DNA of 64,000 nt from positions 62,001-126,000 of the forward strand of contig LVLI01000249.1 of assembly GCA_001687465.1 (NCBI GenBank), in the 5' to 3' direction. The number at the start of each line of letters is the position of its first letter. Within the stretch, counting starts at the first letter, position 1. The notes below the pieces were generated by a model. The model searched no databases. It was given only the letters and a program-made list of their open reading frames with translations, and was not told the origin of the DNA. This DNA is from Halocafeteria seosinensis (Eukaryota). This document shows positions 49,023-61,726 of this stretch, piece by piece. A program made the position numbers and the translations under genes.

Positions 49023-52000
49023 TAGCCACATTGTCACACCCGTCGCGTTTAGAAACCCCGAACAGCTTTCAAGATTAACAGAACCTGGAGGAATGCGTTC
49101 CTCAGATACTCACTACATGTCGAGCTACAGGAAATAGACTGTCAAACGCTCGCTGTATACACATGTATCGAAACCCGGCTGGTCTGGTATTGAGGGGCAG
49201 GCAACTGCACACTTAATCGAATCACGGCAGTGTCCAACAAATGATGACGCCACGCATATCTCACTTGATTACAGTTAATTTACAGATAATTAGCGTCGAG
49301 ATCTCGATATATCGGGGAATTGGGGGCTACGTCTCCGCAAATCTGTCCCAGTCAGTGTGCGTCGATGAGCACTAATAATATACATCACGATCCCAACGTT
49401 TCCTGTCTGGAACTGAGTCACATAAATCGAGAAAGTAGCCTTCATTTCAATGATCTTAATCGCATTTCCTGGGTCCTGCTAAATCAGCAACCAAAATTAA
49501 AGAAAGCGACGGGTCCCAAGCGGGCCATATCCTATAACCTCGTTGTATATACTGCTAGCATGTTCGGTTTGTGCGACAGGAACACTTCATAGCAGCATAT
49601 TCAAGAAGACGGATCTTCCCAAAATTGTTATAACTTCCAATTTGAAGTTCCAGGTGCATTCAAGGTTGGAGTGCTGTATGCACACCAATCCTACCGTTTC
49701 CGAAGTGCCAAGGGACAACTTCCCAAACGTTTTTTAATACTTCTCCGTCTGCCACAACTAACTCTTTGGGCCCGTTATTCTATGGGCGAAGCGCCACTGC
49801 TATTCCTCCCGTTACTCGGAGTAACTGCGTTGATCAGTGAGCTGAAGCTGGCCGCCGTTGCGATAGTTAGCTTTTCTACCATCCCTTGGATACCGGGGAT
49901 TTTTGAACGGCCTATATTGGGATCTAAAACGGGTTGCATGGCCCGCGATTCGCACATGCGTCGTAGCAAATACATATGTAGTGGATAAACTGGTAAGCGC
50001 TGGGCCTTAACTCCGAGTTTCCTCAGGATACAGCAAACAAAAGATCTTTTCCAGTCTGCCTCTGATCCCTGCCTCTAGCAAATCGTGGGGAGCAATTAAA
50101 TGGGTGTAGCTTCATCTTTAGCGACGACGCACTTTGAGTCCAGAGCAATGGATTATCGGACATCCCGGTACGCTGGAGTCTGGTGGCGTTAACGCCTCCA
50201 GGCGACAAAGATATTGGGAGCTTCCAATCCCTTCCAAGGATTCTCACAAAAAATAAAAAGCCGCGTGCTGGGGAGTGCGAATTAGATAAAACCAATTCTG
50301 GCAACTAAACTTCCTTCTTGCTAAACTGTACCGTCGAGCGGAGTTGACGACGGACAGCTGCAGACAGTCTGCAGCACCCTGCAGCCAAGCAATGACGCTC
50401 CGCGGAAGAAGTTTAATTCTTCAATCATATGGACTAATTCCCATCCTTGAGTGCTAAAATAAACAAGCAAGGCAATGCTGTTGGCGTATACTGTAGTGTT
50501 TTCATGACTTCTATTTGGAGAAGAAGTGGTGAGTCATCATACATACTTGGCACCTCATATACACCAAGTCTATTGAAAGTCCGGATATGGAAATCAATGT
50601 AAACAAGGCAAAAACTCTGTGTAACAATTCTTTTGCCCAAGATCATGTGGGGCTCCAGAGCATCAGAAGACTTTGGTCGGGGAGACAGAAGACCCAAGGA
50701 TGGAGTGAGTCATCACGGTGCTTCGTGGGCGAATCGTGGCAGACTCGGTGTCCTGCAGTTGCAGAATAACTATGTAAAACGCACTTGATATCCAATCCCT
50801 TAAGTTAACCAAAATTATTTCACCTAACAGGCACCGTAGCGGCGCTGTGGGTCCTGCCTTCGTTTCAACCAGTTCCAGCCATCAGCAACTGGTACGTGTC
50901 ACACACTTGACGTCCTTCAGTAGCTTCCCGTTGTTTTCGACAGGATGATCTCTTGCTTAATCCGACACTGAGGTGCTTCATTTTCCCACAACGTCCTTAC
51001 TCGACATCCAATTCTGCTGAAACAACAACAGCCAGAAAAAAGAAATGCTAACAGCGGGAACCGGCTAGGACGTTGTTGTCATGCTGAATTCGGTTCCCCT
51101 CGCGTGGCATTACCACAAAGTTAAAGAGACAATCAGGTTATAAACAGAGAATTTGCTTCTGTCGTGCAATGTATGGTGGGGTTTGAACTCCAGTAGAAGC
51201 AATTCAGAAACTCTCGGAAGTCCTTCCTTCTCACATCCTTTCCTTAGGTCAGGTTTCGGTATCCTCCCCGCAGATTCAGTTATCGCATTCAATCAAAGCA
51301 AGTAAACGAGATATCGTTGGCCAATCTTGATGTGACGGCAGGCGGTTGATGGATAGCAGCGTGTCTGCAATCTGTTGTACAGATAGTGGACATGCACAGT
51401 TTTCGCCGACACGTTCCACGCTTCACCAGTGCAGTGTACAGGCAAACACCCCGAAGTTTATCACAGTCACTTTCCCCGTAGGTTGGTAGAATAGAGTTGT
51501 ACACTCTGTGCAGGTACACCGAATACTGTAGCGTAAGTAACACCGCACGGACGTAGCACTCAAAAAGCATACAGACGCAGACTTTGTACGGGTAGAGGCT
51601 ACAAAATCCAAAATAAAATACATTTGGTGTTGTAGTTCTCCATACGTACATGTCATGCATGTGGTCGCCATTGATACTGTACTCTCAATGAACGGCTAAC
51701 AAAACGTCTTCCACCATCACGACTGGAATGAGCAGCTTTATCAGGTGCTGGGGATACCAAATCCTCCTTACATAAATAGGCCTGCGAATACCACTCTGGA
51801 CTGATACGGTGTCTCTTGTTACAATTACTCCTTCATCCAAGACACAATCAGTTCTGAGGATTTGGTCAGCTCGACGGTGTCCACGTACCCCATTGTATCC
51901 AGAGCAGTTACGGGCTTTTGAGAAAGCGCATAGCTACCGCTCGGCAAACTCGACGTTTTTGTGTTGCACAATACGACTATACGTCGATCAATTGCACCTG

Positions 52001-52808
52001 CCGCATCCTCACTGTTGTTTACCGGGCAGTTTGACGGAGTTAATACACTCTTCCCGTCAACTGAATCAGTTTACCCAATACATTACTGTCAGCTGGCTCA
52101 CCGAAGACTGAAAAACCAGTGAAACGCCCAATGGGAGTTCCAATACCGGCGAACCTGCTGCTATGAAGGGGCTGTCCGCCCACGCCGCCTGATCTGCTCC
52201 ATAAATAAGCCGGCGAAAAGGCCGGCTCCATCGCTTATACTCCATAATCAAGTGAATCAGCTGATCGCCAGCTGAAAGAGCTGAAGTTTGCGTTGAAACT
52301 TATTGAAGCGACGCTGTCAGTGTTGCGAAGGTGTTGTATTCTACAGTTCACGTAGAACTAGGAAAGTCCAGTTGTTCCAGAACAGCACCAACTCCGAAGC
52401 GGTGCAGTGGTTGGTGGGAGTAGTGTTAGGAGTTCTTAGTCCTGAACTTTCTAAAAATGACGCGGAACCGAATGATAGCACCTCCTAGTAATGTTATATG
52501 TGTCTTCATGAATCCACCATTGTACATTGTACGGTACAATTTGTACCCCTGCTCAGTAGCTGCAACACAATTCCCAAACTCCCACCACGAACTGTCCACT
52601 TGAACACATACTGTATATTGACTGTTAAAATTTGGGGTGTATTGCCGAACCGATCAAACTTCGCCCTTGTTTATTTTCCCACCAGCCTCCATGATTCTCA
52701 GCAGCACTTCGCTTCCAGTGTACCAAAGTGCAATGTTTGGGCCAACTTCACAATTCCAGACTGGGAATTTCCAGCGTACCCCATTGGTTTGTTACCGTCC
52801 TGTATACG

Positions 52809-54585
52809 ATGGCATCCTTTATTCTCAGGAAGAAAAAGCCCTCCACGAGTGGAGAGGAAAGAGGAGGACAAGCTGCTAAATGCACTGCGGCTGCGGCGGC
52901 GTCTGGTGGGGGTGATAATGGAGGAGCATCACAAAACAGCGTCTATGGGGCCTGTAATTCAGTCTTTGATTACGAGCGCATCGACAGGATTGGCGAGGGC
53001 ACATTCGGGTGAGTGTATTACTGGGTCTAAACAAAAGCCGAACGTGTCTTTGTTTGCACGGGGTCGTGAGTACGTGCAGACTGGTGTATAAAGCTAGACA
53101 CAAAGTCACGGGAGACATTGTGGCTTTGAAACGAGTTATACTGCATAATGAGAACTCTGATGGGGTACGTGCGCATAGTACATGTTTTCTCGCTTATATC
53201 TGGATTTTTCATCGCGGAAGGTGCTTAACTTTGTTTTGTATGCAGTTTCCACTAACTTCACTGCGTGAGATTATGATTCTCAAACGTCTCAGCCACCCCA
53301 ACATCGTGAATTTGTTAGATGTTGTTGTAGGAGCCAAACGTGAAAGGTATGAATTAGCCTTTTAAGTTCGAATGATTGTAAAGAGAAAAGTATCACTACA
53401 TGCGTGGTAGTCTCAAAAATGCAGCGTGTTTCTCTGCTTTGAATACTGTCAAACTGACCTAGCATCGATCTTGGACTCTTCCTCGGGAAAGAGTCGAAAG
53501 CGAGCTTCGTCTGAGATATTAGACGTCAGCAACGGTCGACCAGGAGTCGATGCTTCCCCACGCGCAGGCAGATTGCAAAGTGATGCCAGCCGAACTATTT
53601 TCAGTGAACCGCAAGTGAAGGCGATACTCCTACAACTATTGAAAGCAGTTGCTTACATGCACGAGAATTGGACAGTACACAGGTACAGTACAGTTAGTTT
53701 TTGTTATCGTTTCCAAAGTAGTGTATGAGATCGTCGCTTCCCAACAGGGACATCAAAATGAGCAATCTTCTTTATAACAAAGGACTAGTGAAACTGGCTG
53801 ATTTCGGCCTGGCTAGGTAAGATGATGTTTTATTTACTCGGCTAGAGATCATATGTATTTCAAACTTTTCATATTCCAGAGAAGTCCATTACCCGTCCGA
53901 AGCTGGTGACTACACGACCCGAGTGGTCACTTTGTGGTACCGAGCTCCTGAACTACTACTTGGAACCGAGCTATACGACGTGTCGATCGACATGTGGTAA
54001 GTCTTAGAGGAAAGCATGACCTGGGTTACAAGATCTGGTAGCGAAGCCTTGTGCAGGTCCGTCGGTTGCATTTTTGCTGAACTTCTTCTTGGTGTCCCCC
54101 TCTTCAACGGAAATGTTGAGAGCGAACAAATAGAGAGAATCTTCTCCATCTTGGGTAGCCCAAATGGCCATATATGGAAGAATTTTGAGGAACTACCAAT
54201 GGTAGAGAAGCTTAGAGCTAAGGAAGGTTTGTTTTCTTACCGGTTTAACCGATTACCTGAATTGTTACCCAATTTATCAGAGGTACGTAGTAGTCCTTTC
54301 AAGCCGTTCATGTTCCCTGTTTTATTTTTGTGATGTTTCATGCAGGCGGGCTTGTCCCTCTTAAACTCGCTATTATCATATGACCCTCGCAAACGCATTA
54401 GTGCCCATGACGCGTTGAAGCATCCATATTTTGAAGAGTATCCAGGTCCTTCCGACAGGGAAGAAATGCCGTCCGTGTTGACGGAAAGCGACAAATCTCT
54501 TGTCAGGAAGCATCAGGAAAGGTCGAACAAGGAGCGCCTCTTTGCCCATACATCTAACGGGGGTACTCGGAAAGGATACCAATGA
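52809..54585 (+). CDS. Cyclin-dependent kinase, CDK10/CDK11 group (multi-exon)
   Basis: [62 protein letters not shown] and [18 protein letters not shown]. Confidence 0.9.
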
Positions 54586-54762
54586 GGCATGACACGATAG
54601 AGGAAATATAGTGGGAGGGAAAGTAGTGTACCCCAGGAGCTCTCAATTGCGGTATAGTTGACCGCAGTGCTTGTATATAGGCACGGGACTAGAACATCGA
54701 TGCAGAGTAAAGAATTGCCGGCTCCTTTCGATGTTAGTCGTGCTAATTTTCCCTTCAATGCT

Positions 54763-57700
54763 TTATATAGAAAACCCATTCATTCCAGACCATTCATCAA
54801 TATTGTCGTAGTCCCAAGGGCTTAGAAAAGACCATTCAAAGGCGAAGGAATGTGGACTCTCGCATATGTGCTTCCCTCTTGGAACCAAATCTCTTTGGAC
54901 ACCTATGCTGTTGCCGACAACCGGATTGGTGCATATTCTAGAGAGTCTCTCTAAGTACTCCTGGTATTCCCTAAAGGAAGGGTGCCATGGAGTCTCCTCC
55001 TCGATGCTTCGCGCAGAAGTGTGACTCAAATGGAGAATCTTTTCGACGGTTTGACAGAGTTTAATGTACCCCTTCCGGCTGTGCTCACAAATATCGGAGT
55101 TCACAACGATTTCCAATACGACCGTAGCTATTTCTCCTAAACTCAGGTGTTTTCCTAGAGTAGCATCTGAATGAGCTTCTAGAAGAACTGCTATTCTTTT
55201 GAGAATATTTTCAGCCGTTATCAACCATCCTCTGCGGCACGCTTGTAGTAAGCAGCTAAAGCTGTTCCAATAATTCAAAATAGCCTTCACTTGAGGAGCG
55301 AGCAACCCGAATGGAATGGCACTTAGGGCGCTCATTGCTTGTATAAATACACTTAAAGTTTGTTGATCCAATAGCAAGCGAGCCACCCAAAGCTGACGAA
55401 CAATCTGGAGCTCGTTCTTCGTTACATGTTCGTTTATGCACAACCATTGCGCTAGCTCCTGAGCCACATGGACGAACGAACGGAACAAGTCGATAGCCAA
55501 CGTCGCTGCGTCAATGTAGTGGCATGCGGCCGAATAACATTGAATTGCCCGAAGCTGCAACCCACCTGCAGACTCTTTATTTGGCAGCTCGGTAAACAAC
55601 CCGTCCAAGTCTTCGTCATATGTCCACGGGAGTTCCCTGCGGATGAATCCTTTACAACTCACGATATTCTTCACTAGGATGGCACTTGCTGATGTGCCCT
55701 CTTCTTCTATACTGGTAAGGGACTCTTCATATAGTATTGCCAAAGGCCATAGGCTCCTGTCAAAGATTTCAAAAAACTTGACTCGCAAACTCTCCTTGTC
55801 CAGCTGCTCCTTCTGAGTGTCACTGTTCCCTTTATCCTTTTTCTGCGACTTCACCTTTGAAGCAATCACTGTCGAAATATCTTTTGTCAGAGCTTTTTCG
55901 GCGTCAACGGCTTTGCTCAAACATTCATCACCTTGACGTTCCCATTCGGCTCGGCTAGGCGTTCCGATCCGCTGATAGAATTCTTCCAATAACTTGGTCA
56001 CGAACCCTATCGCTTTGGGATCGACGGACACGGACGACTTTGCCGCACCCTGGAGTTCAGCTATATCTAGCCATAGTGCCAATCGAGCTGCCCCTTTGCC
56101 CTGCACTTTGATTGATAACTGGTTCGAAACCATATAGGATGGAAAGTTCAGCAATGCCGGTACTAATTCTTTCCCACCTCCAGTTTTACTGACCTGATGG
56201 TCTTCCGGATCATCGCTGATACTAATATGGCTCTTGTAGGAACCAGTGAACGACATTCGGCGCTTTCTCGACAAAACGATTGCAAAGTCTGTAGCAATAG
56301 CCTCTAGGATTTTCTGTAGCTCTGGGGGAGAGCGGTCAAAGTTCCACCCGATTTCCAGTACCGAACGTAGTGGTAACTTTGCTGCAACAATTCCTTTCTC
56401 GGTTTCAGACAGTGGGGAATTGTACAGAAGAACGACGAACATGTCCCACTGACCATGGTGGAGACAATGCACCGCAGCACGTAACGAAACAGTCTTGCTA
56501 CCTCCAACTGTTGTCGCAAGAGACTGAGCAGTTAGTAAATGACCCCCATAGAGAGCAGCTAGAGCGGCACTGCGAACTGCCCCCGCATAGACCAACTGTT
56601 TTGCCGATCGGCTAGGATTGCCGAAACAGTAGTATTGGTATGCTTGGTAACAACGGAGTGCCGTCGATATATTCACGAGATTCCTTCGGACACCTTCAGT
56701 AGTCCATTCAGGAATGAAATCAAGGCTTTCTACTTGTGTGTCCTTGCACCAATTGTCAGCTATACATGTTGCCAACTCTTCTTTTCCTTGCTTTAGCTGC
56801 TCGCAAACGCTGTAAGTAGGTTGCGCTAAAATCTGTATCATATCCCCGGTAAGACAGTTTTGGCTTCCTTCATCCTCCAGGTGGTTCTCGCTTGCAACGA
56901 GCAACGAAGATTGCCAGAATTCAATTGACACATGTGGCGCAAGAATCAAGGCAGTTTTCGTATTGCCACTTATCCGTAGTGTGGCGCACGCTTGCTCAAC
57001 GGCGTTACACGCCACATATACGAGAGCCGCCAATTGCAGGTAATAAACTCTTTCACCTTTCTTCAGTTTTTTCTCCAACAACTGTACGCTTGTCACAGTG
57101 CGGTCGGCCCACTCTCTTAGCCCATTGTCCGACAAAGACACGTAGTCCAAGCGCTTCGTATTTTCCTTCGCTGATGCTCCAGATGAATCAGTCACACGGG
57201 TGTTGTCACTAGCATACTGAAACAGAAACAATTGCTCACTTTGTGCAGCCAGAAATTTTTCTAATGCCGTCTTCCACGATACTTCTTTGTCTGAGCCACG
57301 CACGAGTTCCAAGGTCTGCAGCGACCCTTGTTGTATGTCCTTGCACATCTTGGTTTCATACATCGAATGGAACCCCAAACCGAAGAACTCTGCGTAGTTG
57401 TCAAACTCTGCACTATGCTGAGATGCGATCATAGTTTGATTTACGGTCGGTGAAACAATGGTGACCCGGTGTGGCGTGTTTTCGTTGGCAACATTAGGGT
57501 CCTCCATCAGGAAGCAGTGTTCTTTCCAGCCCGGCAATAGTTCAAGTGACTGCAGCGCCATCCCACAGTCTTGTCCCGCAGATAATATTGCAAAGGGACA
57601 AATCGAGCTTAAATGAAAAGTGGATGAACCCCTTCCTTCATTGAGTAGTATAGTATCGGAAATGCTAAAGGTCCGCAGGTCGACGAGTCGCAGTACAGTA

Positions 57701-59987
57701 TGCCCCTCGGAGAATATGTACAAGAAAAAGGACACTTCCGGGCTCCAACAAACGGTAGACTTGGTGGCAGCCAGCTCATCATATTTTCTGCTACTTACTC
57801 CTCCTGTTCTCATGTTCCACACTTTCAGCATTCCGACACTATCGAGTGATGCAAGTTTATCCTTCGAAAAAGGTGACCAACTCATGCTTTCAATGGCCCC
57901 TGAGTGAGAAGCTAGGTGAAGTAACTCTTTTGTATCTGAGCCCGTGCTAAACAGGGAAACAACCCCTGATGTTTGGCCCACAGCAACTAATTGAGATCCT
58001 TCGGTGCTCCATTCCACCTCAGGTGAAGACAAATTTGACTTCATGGTAGATGGAGAAGCCAAGCACTCTGGTGTACTCTCTAAATCAATCTTTGTAGTAT
58101 TTGCGTTCTCGAAGTCCACAACGAATAGGCCGCAGCTTTGAACGATTGCAAAAAATGTGTGACGCTTTCCTCCGTGCGCCATTAACGTTTTCACTGATTG
58201 GTTTTCCCTTCCTATGGCCATAGTCTTCCATGGACGAGCATCGTCTTTCGGGTCGATTTCAACCAGTTTCCCGTTGGCAGTACCTACAACTATACTGTTG
58301 CGCCCAACGCCCCATGTCAATGACGTGCATGCTTCAGTGCCCAAGTAATACGTCCTAAAGCAACGAAACTGTTGTTGCTCGTCGAGCATCTTGCCTCCGT
58401 TAATATCGGAGAGGGAGCACTGCAAGGCTTCGAGTCCTCGGATCTCGTCGTGTCCCACTTGTTGTCCTAGAAGCCATAGTTTCACATAACCGTCGGACGA
58501 ACATGTCGCAAACTTGTGTGGGTTTTGCGGATGAGGCTTGATGCACTGAATCGGAAAACAGTGTCCAGGCGTCGAACGCCACACTGGGTTCAATGTGCCG
58601 CTGTTGAGAAGAAACACACCACCGGTAACCGTGCTTAACAGTAATCTAGAGATCCCTTCCAAAGCCTGGCACGGAGGCAGAAGTAGAACTTCAGCTATCC
58701 CTCCGTTCACGTTTACATGCATGAGGTGAGACGGGAAAACACTTGTTAGATTGAATTTCTGAACCTGTAGGGAAAAACGTTGCAACAGTTATATCCCCCC
58801 AAAGAGCTGTGAATTAACAGGGAATAACGTACGTGTGGTTTTACACGACTGAATGCTAGAAACGACCCCGATTCTTCTGGACACCATACAGTGCTGCTCC
58901 CGGAATGAATGGTCTTGCTCCTTTGGCTAACGGGGAAGGCTCTCGGAGTTCTCACGCTCTGGGTCTGAGCCTTCAGTGCATCTATTTTGTCGCTCTCACC
59001 GTATACTTGAAAAACATTTCCAGTTAAGACGTCAACTAATGCATGTACACCTTCGCCCATACTAATAACGGCGCTATCAGAGCCGCACGGCTCAAACTGG
59101 ATTCTCCGTATTATTGGAACTTGATGATGCAGACTAGGACCACCAGATCCGTCTGTACCCGTATCTTTGGAAGGTGGCATCACCTGAATCTGATTGTGTA
59201 TATCACTAGCACAGTGATACCTGTGTATGATGTTCCCACTGCAAAACACTACCGACTCTTCTAAGTCTCTTTTCTCCGTCACTTTGGCTGTCTCCTCTGA
59301 GCAATTTTCCACGGGATTGAATGTGTGCCAATGCAAGTCGGTCACGGTGGTATTGCAAACCTTCAGGAGGTCGACATCGTGGCGTAGGCGCGGAATGCTC
59401 TTTGGGACCTCAAGCCTAGGGGTTTCTACGAGTAAGTCCAAGTTAGATTCCAGTGTCCTCGTTGTCGAGGTACCGCCATCGTTTCCCAGTTTCAGTCCAA
59501 CTGAGGAGTTGGTTGCTTTGTCTTGTTCAACATAGAGTTGTAGTAGTTGTACACTGCTCGTTGTGGCGAGGGCAACGACGTTGCTGCTTGAGGGATTCCA
59601 TTTTATTCTCTGGGGGAGATCATCCATCTCAATTGCTCCCAAAAATGTTCCTCCGACGATATCGAATACTGCAAATGTAGACATGATATTTCGATAGGCG
59701 ATTGCCAGATAACGGGGTGGCGATAGTGAACATGAAATGCAACTGATCACTAACGCCGAGTTGCTTTCGGCACTCTCATTACCGGCGTGCTGCCTCCCAG
59801 CTAAAGAGAAAGTCGTCATGTCTAGCGTGTATCGGAGAACTGGTTCACCCAATAGCATTCCACGAGCGTACACATGAACCGTCGTTCCACCTGCATAGGC
59901 AAAGTATTCACTATTCCCTGCCAGATACTGTCCATCGACGTGTGTGCAGCATCCTCCAGGGGCGCGCATAAGTGTTTGAGCGCTCAT
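54763..59987 (-). CDS. Large WD40-repeat protein, WDR17-like (2 exons)
   Basis: WD repeats GHCFPIQCIKPHPQNPHKFATCSSDGYVKLW and SHSGAIESMSWSP..LASLDSVGMLKVW. The N-terminal FAYAGGTTVHVY and the helical ALILAPHVSIEFW recall WDR17. One intron lies near 58768-58830. Confidence 0.7.
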
Positions 59988-61012
59988 AATGGTTTTATTT
60001 CGTTCGCTAGACCCCACATACAGTTTGTACTCAGGTACATCAATTCAATGACACTGTTGTGGTACCCTACAGGCTACTGGTGGCAATTTGGTTTGTTGCT
60101 TCAAGGACGACCTTAGGACGTCCTCTCAGACTCCTCTGCCGTTTGCTTTCTTGAAGTCGACAGCAATGCTCTCTTATGGGTATTGATGCAGTTGAGCCTG
60201 GAAAATACTTGGAAACTTGCCAGATACGCTGGCCACTGAGCTCGAGAAGTTCAAACCCTGAGCTAGCTGGAAGTCGTTCAATGCAATCATTCAGACACTG
60301 GATCAATTGTGGTCAACAAGTACATTTCCCGTCGCTGAACACTACATCCCTTGGATTCCATGCCTCGACTGTCCCCAAGAAGAAATCACTGCTTGTTTTA
60401 GTCTGTCTGTTGATCGTATCATTCCAGCTTCTAGCATTGAGTTGGGAGTTCCGAAGGGTGGCAATTCCGGGGCCTGAAGATTTTCAGGTAGCTCCCAGCA
60501 ACCCATCGGAAAAGGCTTCTTGCTTGAAATATAAAGCCCCAATCCATACACTGATGTGACCAGCCCATAATATGAGAATGAAACCGCTAGCACATAAAAC
60601 AGATTTAAAAGCGTCTCTGGTTTATTCACATTTGTAGTGTGTTTGTTTACGAGACTGGGTAGTGTTGAATCGTTTGATCAAGCTCCCTTGATTCGGAATC
60701 TTGATGTTAGGAATGGGGAAACGGCAAAAAGAGGTGGATTCATTGTCCGACACGAGCAGAAACTTTTTATCATAGATTCATGTAGCTCATATTGCTGATA
60801 CCCACAGTACAGTTGACGGAGCCTAGGGAAGAGCACTGTACCAAGAAACCTCATTAGATGCTCGGAGCAATCTTCAAAGGGGCTGTCGATCCTATTATAT
60901 TTAGCCTAGGGCGAACATTCTTCTTCCGGAGCATAGCTTTTCTGCTTCCTCATGGGCTTCCTTCGCGTTGGGGTGCAGTTCCTGTAGACTACATGTCTTT
61001 CCGCAATACTAC

Positions 61013-61172
61013 AACCAGTGTTGTGTTCCCTCACGGCGCATGTCAGCAAGGCTGCAGGAACAGCGGGCCCATCGCTGATTAACACGGGCGCATACCGCTC
61101 CTCGTTAAGAGGATGCGGTCAACTCCCCGGCCGGTGGGCTATTTGCCACATAGGTATATGTGTGTGTGTGTG
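61013..61172 (+). mobile_element. SINE-like retroelement, copy 4 (about 160 bp, (GT)n tail)
   Basis: Near-identical to the reverse complement of copy 1. The flanks gcaatactac and gcaatgcgcactac may be a degenerate target-site duplication. Confidence 0.78.
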
Positions 61173-61726
61173 CAATGCGCACTACCTGTCTTGGAACCCG
61201 GTTGTGGCGTACAGTGTCTGAAGCCCCCATAGATAGAGCTTCTAGAGGTACATGGAAGAATGCCGAGTTGTAAATAGGCAAAACGTTGTATCTAATATGT
61301 TAATGTGTTAGTTTTTAGCGAAGGGTTGTTTATTCCGGCTGACACATCCGCTTGTACAAACTAGTTGAGACTACAAAATACGAATCATTTCGAGTTTCAT
61401 CGAATCCATATATGGAGGAAGTGGAAGAATAACAACCTATGAAAACGTACGTTCTTACCACAATGTTTGTCTATGTAGTACATACCAGCAGGCAACCATC
61501 CGGGCGCACGGCCCGGCATTTTGAATGCTGTTGCCGCCAACACAAATGCAGCAAAGAGAAAGCGTTTGGGGATGTATGTTTCGTAGTAATCACCAGAGTG
61601 TGTCCGTGTGGCATTGTGATAGTGTCCTTTGTTCGCCTCATTGAAAAGACTTTTCCTCGAGAAGCTTCTCCTAGGCGTATTTCCTTCTATACACGCAGCA
61701 TTTAAAACACAATTCGCAGCTGAACG

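Noticed and set aside
61061..61140. Known self-cleaving ribozyme (hammerhead, HDV-like, twister) or Fanzor omega-RNA
   Set aside because: The catalytic core consensus was not recognisable and there is no TnpB/Fanzor ORF nearby. Variable TSDs and 5' truncation fit retrotransposition better.
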